36,559 bases of DNA from Octopus bimaculoides. Lineage: Eukaryota. The stretch is taken from NCBI RefSeq assembly GCF_001194135.2, contig NC_068981.1:3347074-3383632 (forward strand), in the 5' to 3' direction. Both the position numbers and the translations under genes were made by a program. Position 1 is the first letter of the stretch, and each line of letters begins with the position of its first letter. Positions 34,095 through 36,559 of the stretch are shown one piece after another. The notes under the pieces are model-generated. The model searched no databases. It was given only the letters and a program-made list of their open reading frames with translations, and was not told the DNA's origin.

Positions 34095-34282
34095 ATCATC
34101 ATCATCATCATCATCATTATTTAATGTCTGTTGTCCATGCTGGTATGGGTTGGACGGTTTGACCAGGGCTGGCAAGCTGAAAGGCTGCACTAGACTCCAG
34201 TCTGATTTGGCATGGTTTTCTACAGATGGATGCCCTTCCTAACACCAACCACTTTACAGAGTGTAATGAGTGCTTTTACGAG
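34095..34282 (-). mobile_element. RTE 3'UTR copy
   Basis: (CAT)n plus UTR motifs. Confidence 0.8.
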
Positions 34283-34579
34283 CCACAAATTTTGTCACTT
34301 AAAAATCACAGTCAGTGATTTCAAATACCATGAAAGGTAGAATGAAATGTTTTGGATTGTTTCATGTTTAAATTTGTGTATATCTTTTATCTTTTACAGC
34401 CATCTGACTGTGGCCAAGCTGGAGCATAGCTTTGAAGAACTTTCAGTCTGTATTTACATCCCTGTAACTTAGCAGTTTAGCAAAAGGGAACAACAGAATA
34501 GGTACCAGTCATAAAAAAATAAATAAATAAATACTGGGGTTGATTCCTCATCATTAAACGATGATGATGATGATGAATC

Positions 34580-34880
34580 AACCTCAGTATTTTTTTTTTC
34601 TTATGGCTGGTCCCTATTTTATTGGTCTCTTTTGCCAAACTGCTAAGTTACAGTGACGTAAATACACCAACACTGGTTGTGAAATGGTGGTGGGGACAAA
34701 CACAACACAAACACATACATGACAGGTTTCTTTAAGTTTCCCTCTAACAAATCCACTCACAAGGCTTTGGTCAACCAGAGCCTATTGTAAAAGACACCTG
34801 ACCAAGGTGCCATGCAGTGGAGCTGAACCTGGAACCATGTGGTTGGGGAGCAAGCTTCTTACTACACATCCACACCTGTA
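34580..34880 (-). mobile_element. SINE family A
   Basis: GGTCTCTTTTGCCAAACTGCTAAGTTAC...CCATGTGGTTGGGGAGCAAGCTTCTTACTACACA. Confidence 0.8.
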
Positions 34881-34959
34881 TGTTCTGTAAGTCAGACAGT
34901 TAACTTCTATAATGCTTGAAACATATTTGTGCATGCACGCATAGTTGATATATACATAT

Positions 34960-35016
34960 NNNNNNNNNNNNNNNNNNNNNNNNNNNNNNNNNNNNNNNNN
35001 NNNNNNNNNNNNNNNN
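34960..35016. other. Assembly gap
   Basis: Run of N. Confidence 1.
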
Positions 35017-35136
35017 ATATATATATATATATATAGTCAATCCATACAAGACCAAGCAAGAAAAAACAACAACATGAGGACATGGAACAAGTACTGTGTT
35101 ATTGGATGCTCAGAAAAGGAAAGAAAAGAAAAGAGA

Positions 35137-35171
35137 ATTTCACGTTTCGAGTGGAGCTCTTCATCAGAAAT
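35137..35171 (-). ncRNA. Minimal hammerhead motif of a second family (probably inactive copy)
   Basis: Minus strand ATTT-CTGATGA-A-GAG[CTCCA]CTC-GAAAC-GT-G-AAAT; position 17 is G, which breaks the NUH rule. Confidence 0.55.
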
Positions 35172-35254
35172 ATAGAAAAAGTTCCAAGAAGGGAAGACGG
35201 AGAAAGAAAATCGCCAACGATACACACGCGATCACATACATACATATATACATC

Positions 35255-35288
<34 letters not shown>

Positions 35289-35314
35289 GGTAGGTGACTG
35301 GCAGTCTTTAGATT

Positions 35315-35480
35315 ATGAGATAGATTGTTTTGTGGCAATCATTCCAGCTTTCTATGCCCTGAGTTGAAATCCTGCTGAGGTTAACTTTACCTTTCATTAA
35401 TTCAGGGCTCAACAAATAAAGTACCAGTATAGTACTGGGGAGGAGGGGGCAATTCTTCTTTCCCCTCACCCTTTCTTTGT
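35315..35480 (+). mobile_element. SINE family B, degenerate
   Basis: GAGTTGAAATCCTGCTGAGGTTAACTTTACCTTTCAT...AAAGTACCAG. Confidence 0.65.
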
Positions 35481-35544
35481 GTCTATCTAACCTTCTCTCA
35501 TTTAGAAGAACCAACTGTGCACAAGACACTACACCTATTTTTTT

Positions 35545-35669
35545 CATTATTTACATTTGACAGATATTTGTCCTCATTTTGTTTGTTGTTAACAACAAGA
35601 TGAGGACAAATATCCGTGAAATATAAATAATGTACATAATTCCTCATCTCTGAAATATAGAACTGTATT
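35545..35669. mobile_element. Head-to-head palindrome of the Penelope-like 3' end
   Basis: Arms 35545-35590 and 35591-35632 centred on GTT|AAC, plus a 3' extension to 35667; ACCTATTTT repeated at 35533-35541 and 35670-35678. Confidence 0.8.
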
Positions 35670-35689
35670 ACCTATTTTCTGATTTTTTT

Positions 35690-36134
35690 TTATTGCCTAC
35701 AGGGGGCTAAACAAAGTGGGGACAAACAAGGACAGACTAAGGGATTGAGTTGATTACATCAACTCCAGTGTGTAACTGGTACTTATTTAATCGACCCCAA
35801 AAGGATGAAAGGCAAAGTGGACCTCGGCAGAATTTGAACTTAGAACATGAAGACAGACAAAACATCACTAAGCATTTCACCCGGCGAGCTAACATTTCAT
35901 ATTTCTTTACTGTCCACAAGGGGCTACACACAGAGGGGACAAACAAGGACATACAAACGGATTAAGTCGATTATATCGACCCCAATGTGTAACTGGTACT
36001 TATTTAATCGACCCCGAAAGGATGAAAGGCAAAGTTGACCTTGGCGGAATTTGAACTCAGAATGTAGCGGCAGACAAAATACCGCTAAACATTTCACCTG
36101 GCGTGCTAATGTTTCTGCCAGCTTGCTGCCTTAT
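35690..36134 (-). mobile_element. Tandem SINE family B dimer with alternative tail
   Basis: Units ~35690-35895 and ~35900-36134; 15-bp direct repeat GACACTACACCTATT at 35525-35539 and 36135-36149. Confidence 0.85.
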
Positions 36135-36327
36135 GACACTACACCTATTGACCCCATAAAGAGGGGCTGAGAGCCCAAGACATTTACAAATACTACATCT
36201 CCTCATTTGACCTCATTTGGAACTACACACATTGTGAAAGAAGACAAATAGATACAATACATCCAGTGGCAAGTTTACTATTTGGCTGATCAAGATATAA
36301 ATTGACCTGAGACTTGATCTCAATGTT

Positions 36328-36559
36328 TATCATCATCATCATCATCATCATCGTTTAACGTCCGCTTTCCATGCTAGCATGGGTTGGACGATTTGACTGA
36401 GGACTGGTGAAACCGGATGGCAACACCAGGCTCCAGTCTGATTTGGCAGAGTTTCTACAGCTGGATGCCCTTCCTAACGCCAACCACTCAGAGAGTGTAG
36501 TGGGTGCTTTTACGTGTCACCCGCACGAAAACGGCCACGCTCGAAATGGTGTCTTTTAT
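36328..36559 (-). mobile_element. Young RTE 3'UTR copy running off the window
   Basis: 36354-36511 is identical to 27878-28035. Confidence 0.9.

Noticed and set aside
1201-35175. Long ORFs of 190-370 aa in the ORF track
   Set aside because: They span N gaps and consist of X residues.
1-36559. CRISPR array, rRNA or prokaryotic operon
   Set aside because: No regularly spaced repeat-spacer array, rRNA motifs or gene-dense coding; the sequence is eukaryotic repeat DNA.

Overview
AT-rich, repeat-dense eukaryotic non-coding DNA with six assembly gaps. The repeat families and (TA)n/(TG)n/(ATG)n load look like an octopus genome (inference, not checked by search). No complete protein-coding gene can be supported, and nearly all ORF-track entries are N-gap, microsatellite or repeat artefacts. 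The window contains about 25 5'-truncated RTE LINE 3' ends with (ATG)n tails, three of them with recognisable ORF2 sequence. It also has several tRNA-derived SINE families sharing modules, TTAA (piggyBac-type) and hAT MITEs, Tc1/mariner and Gypsy relics, and a few orphan candidate exons. The most notable item is a ~350-bp element combining a tRNA-like Pol III head, a minimal type-I hammerhead ribozyme fold and Penelope-like inverted ends. It occurs at 9291-9637 with a 13-bp TSD, again at 10334-10626, and as fragments at 268-393 and 35545-35669. A second, unrelated minimal hammerhead lies at 35137-35171 on the minus strand. Most repeat boundaries were placed by eye and are approximate to about 10-20 bp unless a TSD or TIR is quoted.
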